Below, piece after piece: positions 24,255-33,848 of a DNA stretch of 61,999 nucleotides (the first letter of the stretch is position 1; each line of letters begins with the position of its first letter). The stretch lies in NCBI GenBank assembly GCA_035529475.1, contig DATKWR010000836.1:1-61999 (forward strand), read 5' to 3'. Below the pieces are notes generated by a model. The model was not told the DNA's origin and did no database searches. It saw only the letters and a program-made list of their open reading frames with translations. Made by a program: the position numbers and the translations under genes. The DNA comes from Sedimentisphaerales bacterium. Its GTDB lineage: Bacteria > Planctomycetota > Phycisphaerae > Sedimentisphaerales > Anaerobacaceae.

Positions 24255-25326
24255 AGAACTGCGACTTTTCGGCGGCATGTTGGGCAAAGTCCACGAAGGC
24301 CAGAACTGCTACATCGCGCACAACGAGAGCCTGGCAAGCGCTTTGCAAACCAGGTACGCACGGCCCAATCTCTGCCTGAAGATATTCCGCAAGATGACCG
24401 AGGACGAATTGCTGGAGCCGGAGCAGTTCAAGTGGGCCGGCAACCGACTGATCGAGGCGACCAAGATACAGAATCTGTTCGCGCTCGCCGGACTCGCGCC
24501 TAGAGTGTATGGACTGGTTCTCCTCAACGGCGAGAGACTGGCCCAGGTGACGGACTATGTCACGGGAGAGGGGACGCCCGACAAGAAGGGGGCCGCCCGC
24601 ATGGCCGGGACGTGGGACATCACGGCATACGAACTGGAAAAGAGCGAACAGGATATAGCGCACTATCTGGCCCGCGACAGCAAATGGGTCGGCGACAAAC
24701 TCGTCGATTTCGGAAGGCTGCGGTTCGCCAACCCGCGCCTCTATAGGGTGTGGGTCAAGCGACATGTCGAATTGTATCACAAGAAACCCAGGGAGGAGCG
24801 CATCGGCTACCAGCCCTGCCCGGAGTTGGGAGTGGGGGGCAAGCGCGACGTCAAGGCCAGGGCCAAGCAGATGAAGATGTCCGAAGTGGATTTCGTGGGC
24901 GCGACTGTCCTGGACATAGGCTGCAACCAGGGCGCCTTCATGAGATTGGCCGACGACATGGGCGCCGCGAGGGTGATCGGCATTGACCACAAGCACCGCG
25001 AAGGGAACTACCTGCTGGCGAACTGGCTGGGCTATTGGAATCTCGATTTCTACCAGTTGGAACTTCCCAGCCAATGGAAGCAGATACGCGAGAAAAGCGG
25101 GATCAGGACGTTCGACATAGCGTTCTGCCTGTCAATCGTGGGACATGCCGGGGGTTACGCTTCGTGGATTCCCCGGCTTTGCGGGGGATTGATGTGGTTC
25201 TCTGGACAGAGCACGGAGAAGCGCGAGAAGTACCAGGCGGAATTAGCGCGGGATTTCAGCACGGTGCAGTGGCTCGGGTACGTGACCGACCACGGCGCGC
25301 ACCCCATGTGGCTCTGTTGGAAGTGA
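24247..25326 (+). CDS. protein-kinase-like domain fused to a SAM methyltransferase
   Basis: 359 aa with a GTG start. LCLKIFRK..AQVTDY..RDSKWVGDKLVDFGRL is kinase-like. VLDIGCNQGAF is MTase motif I. It is colinear with the first ~390 aa of the 20363 ORF. Confidence 0.7.
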   Translation: MIKELRLFGGMLGKVHEGQNCYIAHNESLASALQTRYARPNLCLKIFRKMTEDELLEPEQFKWAGNRLIEATKIQNLFALAGLAPRVYGLVLLNGERLAQVTDYVTGEGTPDKKGAARMAGTWDITAYELEKSEQDIAHYLARDSKWVGDKLVDFGRLRFANPRLYRVWVKRHVELYHKKPREERIGYQPCPELGVGGKRDVKARAKQMKMSEVDFVGATVLDIGCNQGAFMRLADDMGAARVIGIDHKHREGNYLLANWLGYWNLDFYQLELPSQWKQIREKSGIRTFDIAFCLSIVGHAGGYASWIPRLCGGLMWFSGQSTEKREKYQAELARDFSTVQWLGYVTDHGAHPMWLCWK

Positions 25327-25329
25327 GAC

Positions 25330-25941
25330 ATGACATACATCCCGGTTGAGCGGGTGAGGCGGTATCTGTCAACGAACGATCCCGACATAATGAAGAAGGA
25401 CGACCTGCTGCTGGAGGAGGACCTGGATAGGGCGCAGGGCATCATCGAGAACCTGACGGGTCGCACCTTCGAAGGTTATAAGGACACGCATTTCTTCAAT
25501 GCCGATACGGGTAGCGCGAACGAGCACGGCTACGGCGTGAAAGATGATGGGATCACGCTCATGCTCGACGAGGATCTGGTCAAGGCGTTCGCGGTCAAGA
25601 ACGGTGACGGCACGGTTATTGGCGCAAACGACTATGTGTACAAGCCCACCAACCGCAAGCCGAAGTACGCGATTGTCCTGAAGAACGATGTGTGGACCTA
25701 CAGCAGTTCGCCGCTCAATGCCATCAGCGTGCGCGGCTGGTGGGGTTACTGTCTGGGTCAGAACATCCCGTATGACATACAGCAGGCCTGCCTCCGTCTG
25801 ACTGCGTATCTGTACAGGCAAAAGGACGCGCAGGTTTTCGAGACGACGGCATTCCTGGAGGGCGGCGTGCTCACGGTTCCGCAGGGCTTTCCGATTGACG
25901 TGCTCAAAATCTGTCTAAACCGGAGGAGGAACGCGCTGTAA
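25330..25941 (+). CDS. head-tail connector (gp6-like adaptor) protein
   Basis: 203 aa. VERVRRYLST..DDLLLEEDLDRAQGIIENLTGRTF matches the gp6-like connector pattern. It is the first gene after the island. Confidence 0.55.
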   Translation: MTYIPVERVRRYLSTNDPDIMKKDDLLLEEDLDRAQGIIENLTGRTFEGYKDTHFFNADTGSANEHGYGVKDDGITLMLDEDLVKAFAVKNGDGTVIGANDYVYKPTNRKPKYAIVLKNDVWTYSSSPLNAISVRGWWGYCLGQNIPYDIQQACLRLTAYLYRQKDAQVFETTAFLEGGVLTVPQGFPIDVLKICLNRRRNAL

Positions 25942-26360
25942 TGCCAACCTATGATTTCAGAACCTATGTGGAGGGTGTCGCGGCCACAAAAGTACCAGGT
26001 GTGACCAAGGACTTTGGCATGGAGCCGCCTGCGTCGCTGACGACGGCGATGCTCCCGGCCAAGTTCCTGCGGGTGCCAAAATCAACCAGGGAGCGCTTCG
26101 CCTTCTGTGTCGAGGGCGCGGACATGCACGGATCGGGAATGATGACGGTGGAGGTGATCATAATAATAGAACCGGTTGCACAGGCTTTGCCGGAACCCAA
26201 CTTCACGGCTGCGGTGGATATGTCGGACAACCTGACGAAAGCGTTCAAGGACGCCGACATAGCTCTGAGTTATCCGACTATGACGACGAGAGTACAGGAA
26301 TACACCGTCCAGGGCTTCAACTATTGGGCCCTGGTAGCGGAAGTAACAGCAAGAGGATAG
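25941..26360 (+). CDS. putative neck / tail-terminator protein
   Basis: 139 aa, lying between the connector and the tail tube gene. TAATG overlap. Confidence 0.4.
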   Translation: MPTYDFRTYVEGVAATKVPGVTKDFGMEPPASLTTAMLPAKFLRVPKSTRERFAFCVEGADMHGSGMMTVEVIIIIEPVAQALPEPNFTAAVDMSDNLTKAFKDADIALSYPTMTTRVQEYTVQGFNYWALVAEVTARG

Positions 26361-26367
26361 GAGAAAA

Positions 26368-26844
26368 ATGCCTCAGACAGACGGACACATGACCAGCAAA
26401 CACTCGACATTGGAGGTGTCGAGCGACCAGGTATCCGCCGTCGGCAACGTGACCACGTGGACCGACATCAGCGGATCGAGCAATGCGCTCACGCCTTCGG
26501 GCGGGGATCACATGACCGGCTACACACACAGCTTTGGCGAATTCCACGACCCGCTGACCGGCATCGGCAAGGTCGAACCGGCTTCCGTGGTGGCGCGGGC
26601 CATCTATACGGAAGAGGACGAGGAGAGCACCGACCTGTTCCAGGGATTCTATGAGAACGAGACGAGAATCTGGATGCGGTATCGTCCGGCGGGCGCGGGC
26701 GCGGGAAACTGGGAGTACATCTTCCATGGCCACGTCGTGGGACCCTGCATCCCCTCCTCGGACGCGACGACCGCGGACATTCTGCTCGTCGAAGCGACCT
26801 TGTGGGGCGTCTACAAGGGCAGGCTGGGCCAGGGAACGACCTAA
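26368..26844 (+). CDS. putative major tail (tube) protein
   Basis: 158 aa, immediately upstream of the G/GT chaperone pair. Confidence 0.55.
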   Translation: MPQTDGHMTSKHSTLEVSSDQVSAVGNVTTWTDISGSSNALTPSGGDHMTGYTHSFGEFHDPLTGIGKVEPASVVARAIYTEEDEESTDLFQGFYENETRIWMRYRPAGAGAGNWEYIFHGHVVGPCIPSSDATTADILLVEATLWGVYKGRLGQGTT

Positions 26845-26870
26845 GAATAACTGAATAAAAGGAGGTAAAC

Positions 26871-27209
26871 ATGCCCAAAAGAACGGGAACCCGGAGAGTC
26901 GAGAGTCCCGAAATCCAGGGCGATGATTCCTATGTCGTCGTGCGCAAACTCAAGGTGAAAGAGATGCGCAAGGTGATAAAGGAGGCTGGAGAGGACGCGC
27001 CCCCGGAACAGCAGTTCGAGCGCGCGGCCAAGCTCTACGCCGACCATATCGTCGAATGGAACTGGGTCGACGACGATGGTAAGGCCATGCCCCAACTCAA
27101 GGACGATCCTGACGTGCTCGACCAGCTTTACGATGCCGAACTGATGTTCCTCGGCGAGGCGTTGGTGGGGACGGCGGCGGAACGAAAAAACTCGACCGCC
27201 AGCTCCTAG
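26871..27209 (+). CDS. tail assembly chaperone (G-like)
   Basis: 112 aa located between the tube gene and the tape measure gene, with a slippery heptamer near its 3' end. Confidence 0.8.
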   Translation: MPKRTGTRRVESPEIQGDDSYVVVRKLKVKEMRKVIKEAGEDAPPEQQFERAAKLYADHIVEWNWVDDDGKAMPQLKDDPDVLDQLYDAELMFLGEALVGTAAERKNSTASS

Positions 27210-27421
27210 ACTACTATTTTACGGGAGCTGGTTTTACCGGAGTCGGTGAGGAGCCGTGGGTGGTGACAGAACTCCATCTCTGTCGCGACGTCTATCACTG
27301 TCTGGGATGGATGCTCGATCTTGAGGATTGGGACCGGCTACGGGACCATATGATGGTCATGCACTATGAAGCCAAGTATGGCAAGAAGGACAAGGCCAAG
27401 GGCGTGAGCTTCAAGGATTAA
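26871..27421 (+). CDS. tail assembly chaperone frameshift product (GT-like, -1 PRF)
   Basis: After A AAA AAC at 27185-27191, the -1 frame is open to TAA 27419-27421 (LDRQLLDYYFTGAGF...KGVSFKD). It ends 2 nt before the tape measure ATG. Confidence 0.7.
27185..27191 (+). promoter_or_regulatory. -1 programmed frameshift slippery heptamer A AAA AAC
   Basis: An X XXY YYZ heptamer in the zero frame of the G-like ORF. Confidence 0.7.
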
Positions 27422-27423
27422 CC

Positions 27424-30400
27424 ATGCCTGAACGTAACCTGGACATCAAGATAACCGCAAAGGACGAAGCCAGCGGCGTCATTAGCGGCATGCAGAAAAA
27501 GATGACCAGTGTCGCCAATTCCTTCGCGACTATCGGCAAAGGAATGTCGAAATATGTGACTGCGCCCCTAGTCGCCTTTGGTGCTGTGGCTGCGCATACA
27601 GCTATCGACTTTGACAAGGCGATGATGGGCGTGAACTCAGTTGTCAAACTGAGCGGCCAGGCATTCCAAGACCTCAAAGAAGATGTCTTGGAATTCTCTA
27701 CGCACACAAGCAAAAGTTCTGCAGATGTCGCCGTTGCCCTGCGCGGCATTATGAGTACGGGCTACCAGACCGCCGACGCCATGACTATCCTCAAGGTGTC
27801 CGTTGACGCCGCTGGCAATATGATGACAGACACCGAAACGACCACGCGTGCCCTGACTTCGACGCTAGCCGCCTTTGGCTACGAAGCCTCCGACGTTACG
27901 CATGTGGCCGATGTCTTGCAGCTGGCCTCGAATAAATCCGCAATCAATTTCGAACTTCTTGCCTCGACTATCGGGAATGCTACCGGAATAGCGGCGGCGG
28001 CGGGAATCAGTTTCGAGACCCTGGCCGCCGCATTGATGACGACAGTTGATGCGGGCTATAGCGAGGCCGAGGCGTCCACCGCCGTGCGTGCCCTCATCCA
28101 GTCGCTTATCAAGCCGACCGATCAATTGGCCGGAATCATCAAGGTCTGGGGTTATGAGAGCGGTGAGACCGCGCTGCAGGAACTCGGACTCCAGAAGATG
28201 ATGGTTCTGCTAAACAAGACAACTGGGGGCAGTACGGAGGAAATCGCCACGCTTCTGGGCAATGTGCGGGCCATGAAGGCGGCCTTTGCCCTTGGCCGGG
28301 GTGAGGGTCAGGCGTTTGCCGATTCAATGGATGAGGTGGCCCTGGCCTCTGAGGGTGCTGGCGAACACGCGAAGATGGCGGAAATTCGCCACCAATCCTG
28401 GTCCTATCAGATCACGAAGATGAAGTCCGAGCTGGAGGTATTCAGCATTCGATTAGCCAATCTCTATATACCCACGATCATTCAGGTCGTGAAGGTGTTG
28501 ACGGGATGGCTCACGACGTTGGCAACCCTAGATAAGGAACAATTGCAGACTATTCTGACAATTGCATTGGTTGCCGCTAGTATCGGGCCCGTTCTAATTG
28601 GTGTGGCAAAACTGATAAGCGCAATGATTGCCGTGAAGAATGCCATAGCTATCATAAAAACCGCCATGATCGCCTTGAATGTGATATTAGCTGCTAATCC
28701 CATAGCGCTCATCGCTATGGGCATAGTGGCAGCCGGACTCGCGATCGCCGCCGTAGTCAAAAAGATCAGCGACAACACGCGAGAGATGGAAAAGGCGACT
28801 GCTAGCGCCAGCGCCCAAGCCAAAGAAACGACGAGCAGTTATGGAGAATATCGGCAAAGCGTGTTGGATACGATCCGCGTGGTCAACCAGATTCACAGCG
28901 CGGTAACAGATGAGACATTGGCCCAGATTCTCCTAGAAGAAGGGCTGATGGATACCCGTGATGCCTATATCCATGCGAAAATCGCCGCCGGTGACTATGC
29001 GGGGGCGATGGCCAGTGTCACCAATGGGCTGGAATTCGCCTACATAGCCACACTCCAGTTGAATGTGGCCCAGGACAAGAACGCCCAAACTCTCCAGTAT
29101 TGGGATTCTATCAATGATGAAGTTATGGGCGGTCTTCGGGACATGCAGGGCGAACTGGATACCACCACGAACTATGTGAGGGAATCCGACTATTGGATAC
29201 AACAGGCTGAAAGGAATTGGAGGACTTCTGCCGATGGCATGGCCACGGCGATGCACATGGCTGGCCAGGACATACAGGTAACGATGTACAGCACCCGGAA
29301 AATCGTACTTGATGCCCTGGATTCAGAACCCGTCAAGGATCAACTCGACAAGATGTTCGACATCATAGAGGACCACAATGAGGCCGTGGTGCAAATTGCA
29401 CAGGAGGCCGCCGACGAACGGGTGGAATCCCAGCGCCAGCTCGGCTTTGAGATGGCGCAGTCCGAGCAGGAATTCCAGCAGATGCACGCGGCGCTGCTTC
29501 AAGTGGGCAGGGTCAAGGACGCGGCAGATCTCCTAACGAAACACCAGCGCGAACAGGCCCTAGCGAACAGAGACTACCTGATACAGCAGCAGGAGCAGAA
29601 GCGCAACAACCTCATTAAGCGTATTGCTCAACTCACTAATTATCACCAGGCCCTCAGTGATCAAAACGATCAGACGGCCAGGGTATTGGCTGCGGAACTC
29701 CAGAAAAATGTGGGATGGGCTGATCTAGGTGCAGAAGCACAAAAAACCCTCCTCGATATAGCCTATTCCGGGGCGTCCGATAGATTAGCAAATGAACGTG
29801 ACTTTGCGCTAAAGCAACTAGAGGTTAGCAAATATATCGCTGAAGGTTCAGTGGATGCGGCTGCTGAAGCACTTAAGGCATTCATAGAATTACAGGAAGC
29901 ACGAGAAGCGGCTACCCTGCAAGAATTAAAGGACGCCCAAGCTACACTAACTGGTTGGACATGGACTATACCGCCCTTACCGGGCCTCGATTTGGGTGCT
30001 CTGGCTGGTAGTGGCCCCGCAGGGGAAAGGGCTGCGCAGCAAGCTACCGAACCCGCCACCCGCGTCATGGCCGAGGTTGCCAAGGACATAGAAGAGGCCA
30101 CGAAGTCCGCGATGCAGGCCATTAAGGACCTGGTCGAGTTCGATGTACCCGCTGGCGTAGAGGTTGGTCTAGGCAGGGTAGCTTCATTCCTGACCAAAGC
30201 GGCGGGCATGTTGCATACCGCCATGGAGGGCATAGACAAGGCCAGCGCCGATGTAGCGGCAACGATGGCCACGGCCACGGCAACCATAGTCGGCGCTTTC
30301 GCGCAGTTCGTGGGTCTTCAGGAGGGACTTGCGGTCACACCAGAACTTGGCGGACTCCCCGGCTGGATAGCGGGATTCAAAACCGTGGTCGATTCCATAG

Positions 30401-32931
30401 TCGGCGCATTGGAGGGCAGCGCCATAACGCTCGATGAAGAAGGCAAGTCGGCGGCGGCCATGCTGGCCGGGGCCGCAAGTAGTATCATTGGGATTGTCAA
30501 GCCTGCTATCGAGGCTATGGTGGCTCTCGCGGATTGGGAACCGGTGGAATCGCTAGTAGGCAAGATGGATTCCTTCCAGCGGTTGATTGGCCAGGTTGTG
30601 AATGCTCTTGAGGAAAGTGCTGACTGTTTCAAATTGGAAGGTATTCAGGCGGCTGGTGTCCTATTCGAGGCCATGAAGGGCAGTGTCTCCATCGTCAAGC
30701 CTGCTATCGAGGCCATGGTAGCACTCATTGAATGGGAGCCGGTAGAATCTCTAGCAGACAAGATGGATTCCTTCCAACGCCTGATTGGTCAGGTAGTCTT
30801 CGCGCTTGAGGAAGCTGCTGACGGCTTCAAACTGAAAGGTATTCAAGCGGCTAGCACTTTATTCGAGGCCATGAAGGGCAGCGTCTCTATTATCAAGCCT
30901 GCAATAGAGGCTATCTTGGCCCTGACTGCATGGGAGCCAACGCAATCGCTAGTAGACAAGATGAGCGCTTTTCAACAACTGATTGGCCAGGTGATCTTTG
31001 CCCTGGAGGAAAGTGCTGACTCCTTTAAGTTGAAAGGAATTCAGGCAGCCAGCATCCTATTCAATGCCATGAAGGATAGCGTGGCCATCATCAAACCGGC
31101 AATAGAAGCCATCCAGGCCCTCACGAATTGGGCACCCGTAGAATCGCTGGTGGACAAGATGGACGCTTTCCAGCGATTGATCGGCCAGGTGGTCTTCGCG
31201 CTTGAGGAGAGCGCAGATTGCTTTGAACTGGAGGGCCTTCAGGCGGCCAGCCTCTTGTCCGAGGCTATGAAGGGCACCCTATCCATTGTCAAGCCGGGAA
31301 TCGAAGCGTTGATTCTGCTTGGGGAATACACCCGGACTAGCGGCCTCACAAATGCAATCGCGAGTTTCGTGATGGACCTTGACCTTGTGGTCAATGAACT
31401 GAAAGCCTGCTGGCAATTCTTCGACTATGACGGAGTAGACGCGGCGGCTGGATTCTACGAGAGCGCCCAGAAGATCGTTGATATAGTGAAACCTGCAATC
31501 GAGGCCTTGATCGACCTAGCTGCATGGGAGGAGGAAGGAAGTATCCCAGCTAAGATGCATCGGTTGGTGATTCATCTTGACACCATAATTGAGGAGCTGA
31601 AGAAGCTCAAGGACCACTTCGTCGTCGAGGGCGTCCCGGTCTCGTTCGACTGGGCCGAGTCCGTCAACAAGATGATAGGGATCATCGTGCCGGGGATAGA
31701 AGCCATAACCACCATGATTCAGTACAAGGGCGCGACCACCCTGGAGCGGACGGCGGAGAAGTTCAAGGAGCGCCTGATCCTGCTGTTGCAGAAGCTGGGC
31801 GAGATAGAAGAACAGTACACCGGACCCGGAGTCAAAGACGCCACGGCCTTCGCCGGTGCAGTGAAAGAGATGATGAGTGTAGTAGTCCCCGGACTCGAGG
31901 CCATCAAGGAATTGATGGACATGCCCCTCAAGGGCAAGTTCGAGCAGGCCGCAGGCATATTCGAGATCAGGATGAACGATCTGGTCCAGATCATGGTGGA
32001 TGTATGGGAGAAGTTCGGCCCCGACGCGATAAAGGGAGCGAGCGAGGCCGCCAAAGCCATGACTGACATCTCTGACATGGTGACTCCGGCGCTTGGTGCG
32101 CTGAAGCGCATGGCGGCCTATACGCAGAAAACCGGTCTCGTCGAAGCTATGTATGACTTCAGGCATGATCTATACTCATTCCTTCAACAGTTGGGCGAGA
32201 TTAGATACTCATTATACGAGGGGGGTGGCCTAGCGAATGCCGAAGCATTCGAAACTGCAGCTGGTGAGGTCGCGGCGGCGGCCCAGGCAGGCGTGGACTC
32301 ATTGTTGGGAATTATGAGTTTCAGAGATTGGCAAACTGAAGCCGCCCATCCAGGTGGAGCAGGCGAAACTGGTATGTTGGGTTTGGCCAATGCCGTAATT
32401 TCCGCGCTCCAAACGGCTATCGCTGTCCTCAAAAGCGAAGAGTATGCGGGCGCAGCCGGGCGCTTCCATCATGCCGCATATACCATTGGCCAACGGATAG
32501 CCGAAGGCATATCGGACGGTGCCAATCTTGCTGCCGCTATTCAAAGAAAACTAAACGAAGCCATGACCAAAATAAGTTGGAATATCGGACCATTCTACCA
32601 AACAGCTTATCAGCTGGGTGCCAACATAGCCAACGGGATCGAGGCGGGATTCAACGCGAACATGGGCCAATTACAACCCAACATATCGGGCGGTTCGGCA
32701 ATGGGTATCGGGTGGTATCAGCATGGCCTGGACGCGATCATAAGCAGGCCGACGCTCATAGGTGTGGGCGAGGGAGGGCGTCCCGAGCATGTCGAGGTGA
32801 CGCCGCTGGGTAGGGAAGGCAGGGCAACCTACAGTTTTGGGGATATCCATATTCATCAAGCGCCAGGCGACGCTTTATTTGAGATGCGGGCTCTAATCTC
32901 AATGCTCGAAATGGGCACGGTGGCACCCTGA
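27424..32931 (+). CDS. tape measure protein
   Basis: 1835 aa, the largest ORF. It is Ala/helix-rich with a hydrophobic segment near aa 350-450, and its position after G/GT is canonical. Confidence 0.9.
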   Translation: MPERNLDIKITAKDEASGVISGMQKKMTSVANSFATIGKGMSKYVTAPLVAFGAVAAHTAIDFDKAMMGVNSVVKLSGQAFQDLKEDVLEFSTHTSKSSADVAVALRGIMSTGYQTADAMTILKVSVDAAGNMMTDTETTTRALTSTLAAFGYEASDVTHVADVLQLASNKSAINFELLASTIGNATGIAAAAGISFETLAAALMTTVDAGYSEAEASTAVRALIQSLIKPTDQLAGIIKVWGYESGETALQELGLQKMMVLLNKTTGGSTEEIATLLGNVRAMKAAFALGRGEGQAFADSMDEVALASEGAGEHAKMAEIRHQSWSYQITKMKSELEVFSIRLANLYIPTIIQVVKVLTGWLTTLATLDKEQLQTILTIALVAASIGPVLIGVAKLISAMIAVKNAIAIIKTAMIALNVILAANPIALIAMGIVAAGLAIAAVVKKISDNTREMEKATASASAQAKETTSSYGEYRQSVLDTIRVVNQIHSAVTDETLAQILLEEGLMDTRDAYIHAKIAAGDYAGAMASVTNGLEFAYIATLQLNVAQDKNAQTLQYWDSINDEVMGGLRDMQGELDTTTNYVRESDYWIQQAERNWRTSADGMATAMHMAGQDIQVTMYSTRKIVLDALDSEPVKDQLDKMFDIIEDHNEAVVQIAQEAADERVESQRQLGFEMAQSEQEFQQMHAALLQVGRVKDAADLLTKHQREQALANRDYLIQQQEQKRNNLIKRIAQLTNYHQALSDQNDQTARVLAAELQKNVGWADLGAEAQKTLLDIAYSGASDRLANERDFALKQLEVSKYIAEGSVDAAAEALKAFIELQEAREAATLQELKDAQATLTGWTWTIPPLPGLDLGALAGSGPAGERAAQQATEPATRVMAEVAKDIEEATKSAMQAIKDLVEFDVPAGVEVGLGRVASFLTKAAGMLHTAMEGIDKASADVAATMATATATIVGAFAQFVGLQEGLAVTPELGGLPGWIAGFKTVVDSIVGALEGSAITLDEEGKSAAAMLAGAASSIIGIVKPAIEAMVALADWEPVESLVGKMDSFQRLIGQVVNALEESADCFKLEGIQAAGVLFEAMKGSVSIVKPAIEAMVALIEWEPVESLADKMDSFQRLIGQVVFALEEAADGFKLKGIQAASTLFEAMKGSVSIIKPAIEAILALTAWEPTQSLVDKMSAFQQLIGQVIFALEESADSFKLKGIQAASILFNAMKDSVAIIKPAIEAIQALTNWAPVESLVDKMDAFQRLIGQVVFALEESADCFELEGLQAASLLSEAMKGTLSIVKPGIEALILLGEYTRTSGLTNAIASFVMDLDLVVNELKACWQFFDYDGVDAAAGFYESAQKIVDIVKPAIEALIDLAAWEEEGSIPAKMHRLVIHLDTIIEELKKLKDHFVVEGVPVSFDWAESVNKMIGIIVPGIEAITTMIQYKGATTLERTAEKFKERLILLLQKLGEIEEQYTGPGVKDATAFAGAVKEMMSVVVPGLEAIKELMDMPLKGKFEQAAGIFEIRMNDLVQIMVDVWEKFGPDAIKGASEAAKAMTDISDMVTPALGALKRMAAYTQKTGLVEAMYDFRHDLYSFLQQLGEIRYSLYEGGGLANAEAFETAAGEVAAAAQAGVDSLLGIMSFRDWQTEAAHPGGAGETGMLGLANAVISALQTAIAVLKSEEYAGAAGRFHHAAYTIGQRIAEGISDGANLAAAIQRKLNEAMTKISWNIGPFYQTAYQLGANIANGIEAGFNANMGQLQPNISGGSAMGIGWYQHGLDAIISRPTLIGVGEGGRPEHVEVTPLGREGRATYSFGDIHIHQAPGDALFEMRALISMLEMGTVAP
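30100..32260 (+). repeat. about 198-bp (66-aa) periodic repeats inside the tape measure gene, about 9-11 copies
   Basis: V/IKPAIEA-type unit starts are read at 30496, 30694, 30892, 31090, 31288 and 31486, all exactly 198 apart. Degenerate copies follow at 31687, 31885 and 32080. The outer boundaries are approximate. Confidence 0.8.
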
Positions 32932-33848
32932 TGGTAGAGATTGTCCAGGAACGGTTTGAGCTGCGGAACGACGTCGGTGACGAGTTGAGACTGGACGGGC
33001 CGATATACGTCACCGCGCATGATGGGCTCGGGTTGGTCAAGCCGAGGCGCTACGCGCAGACGGGTCCGCAGCAGGACGGCCAGACTTTGGGGGCCGCATA
33101 CTTGAATCCCCGCGTGGTGACATTCGCCTTGCATTACCACACGGATGATGAACCGGCCCTGCTGAGTGCCAGGGACGAGCTGGCCTTCATGCTCAACAAC
33201 CTCAACTCGCCCATCCACCTGGTCTGCATATACCCCGACGGCGTGGAGCGGCGGCTGGACGTGTTGCATTACGACGGGGCAATGGCGCCGAGGGCCGCGA
33301 GCGACCTGTATTATTACGCTGACGACGTGATCCAGCTGATAGCCGACGATCCGGTGCTGTACGAGGTTCCGCTGCGCGTGCTCACCTGGTCCCTGGCGGA
33401 ATACTACTACGGCCTTTGGGCGAAGGGTGTCGAAGTGCCGGTAGAAGTCCCGATATTCGTCGGGAGCAGCACCATCAGCCAGGTACAGACCCTGACATAC
33501 GCCAGTTCGTGGGGCACGTATCCCATTATTCGATTTAGCGGTCCGTGCACGAGTCCGCAAATCCGGAATGTTACAACCGGTGAGAAGATTGCTTTTGAGG
33601 CGGGCACGGAAATAGGCGAGAACGACTACTACGAAGTGGATTGCCGATACGGGTACAAGCAAGTACTCAATTCCGCTGGCAAACCGCGTACCGGAGAACT
33701 CACCAACGACAGCGACCTGGCCACATTCCATATCGCGCCACATCCCGAAGCCCTAAACGGAATCAACGAAATCTGGGCCGTGGCTATGAGTTGCACGACG
33801 GAGACGGAGATCATTATGCAATACTATATCCGGTGGTGGTCGATATGA
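32931..33848 (+). CDS. distal tail protein (Dit)-like
   Basis: 305 aa with an ATGA overlap onto the tape measure stop, the canonical position. Confidence 0.5.
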   Translation: MVEIVQERFELRNDVGDELRLDGPIYVTAHDGLGLVKPRRYAQTGPQQDGQTLGAAYLNPRVVTFALHYHTDDEPALLSARDELAFMLNNLNSPIHLVCIYPDGVERRLDVLHYDGAMAPRAASDLYYYADDVIQLIADDPVLYEVPLRVLTWSLAEYYYGLWAKGVEVPVEVPIFVGSSTISQVQTLTYASSWGTYPIIRFSGPCTSPQIRNVTTGEKIAFEAGTEIGENDYYEVDCRYGYKQVLNSAGKPRTGELTNDSDLATFHIAPHPEALNGINEIWAVAMSCTTETEIIMQYYIRWWSI

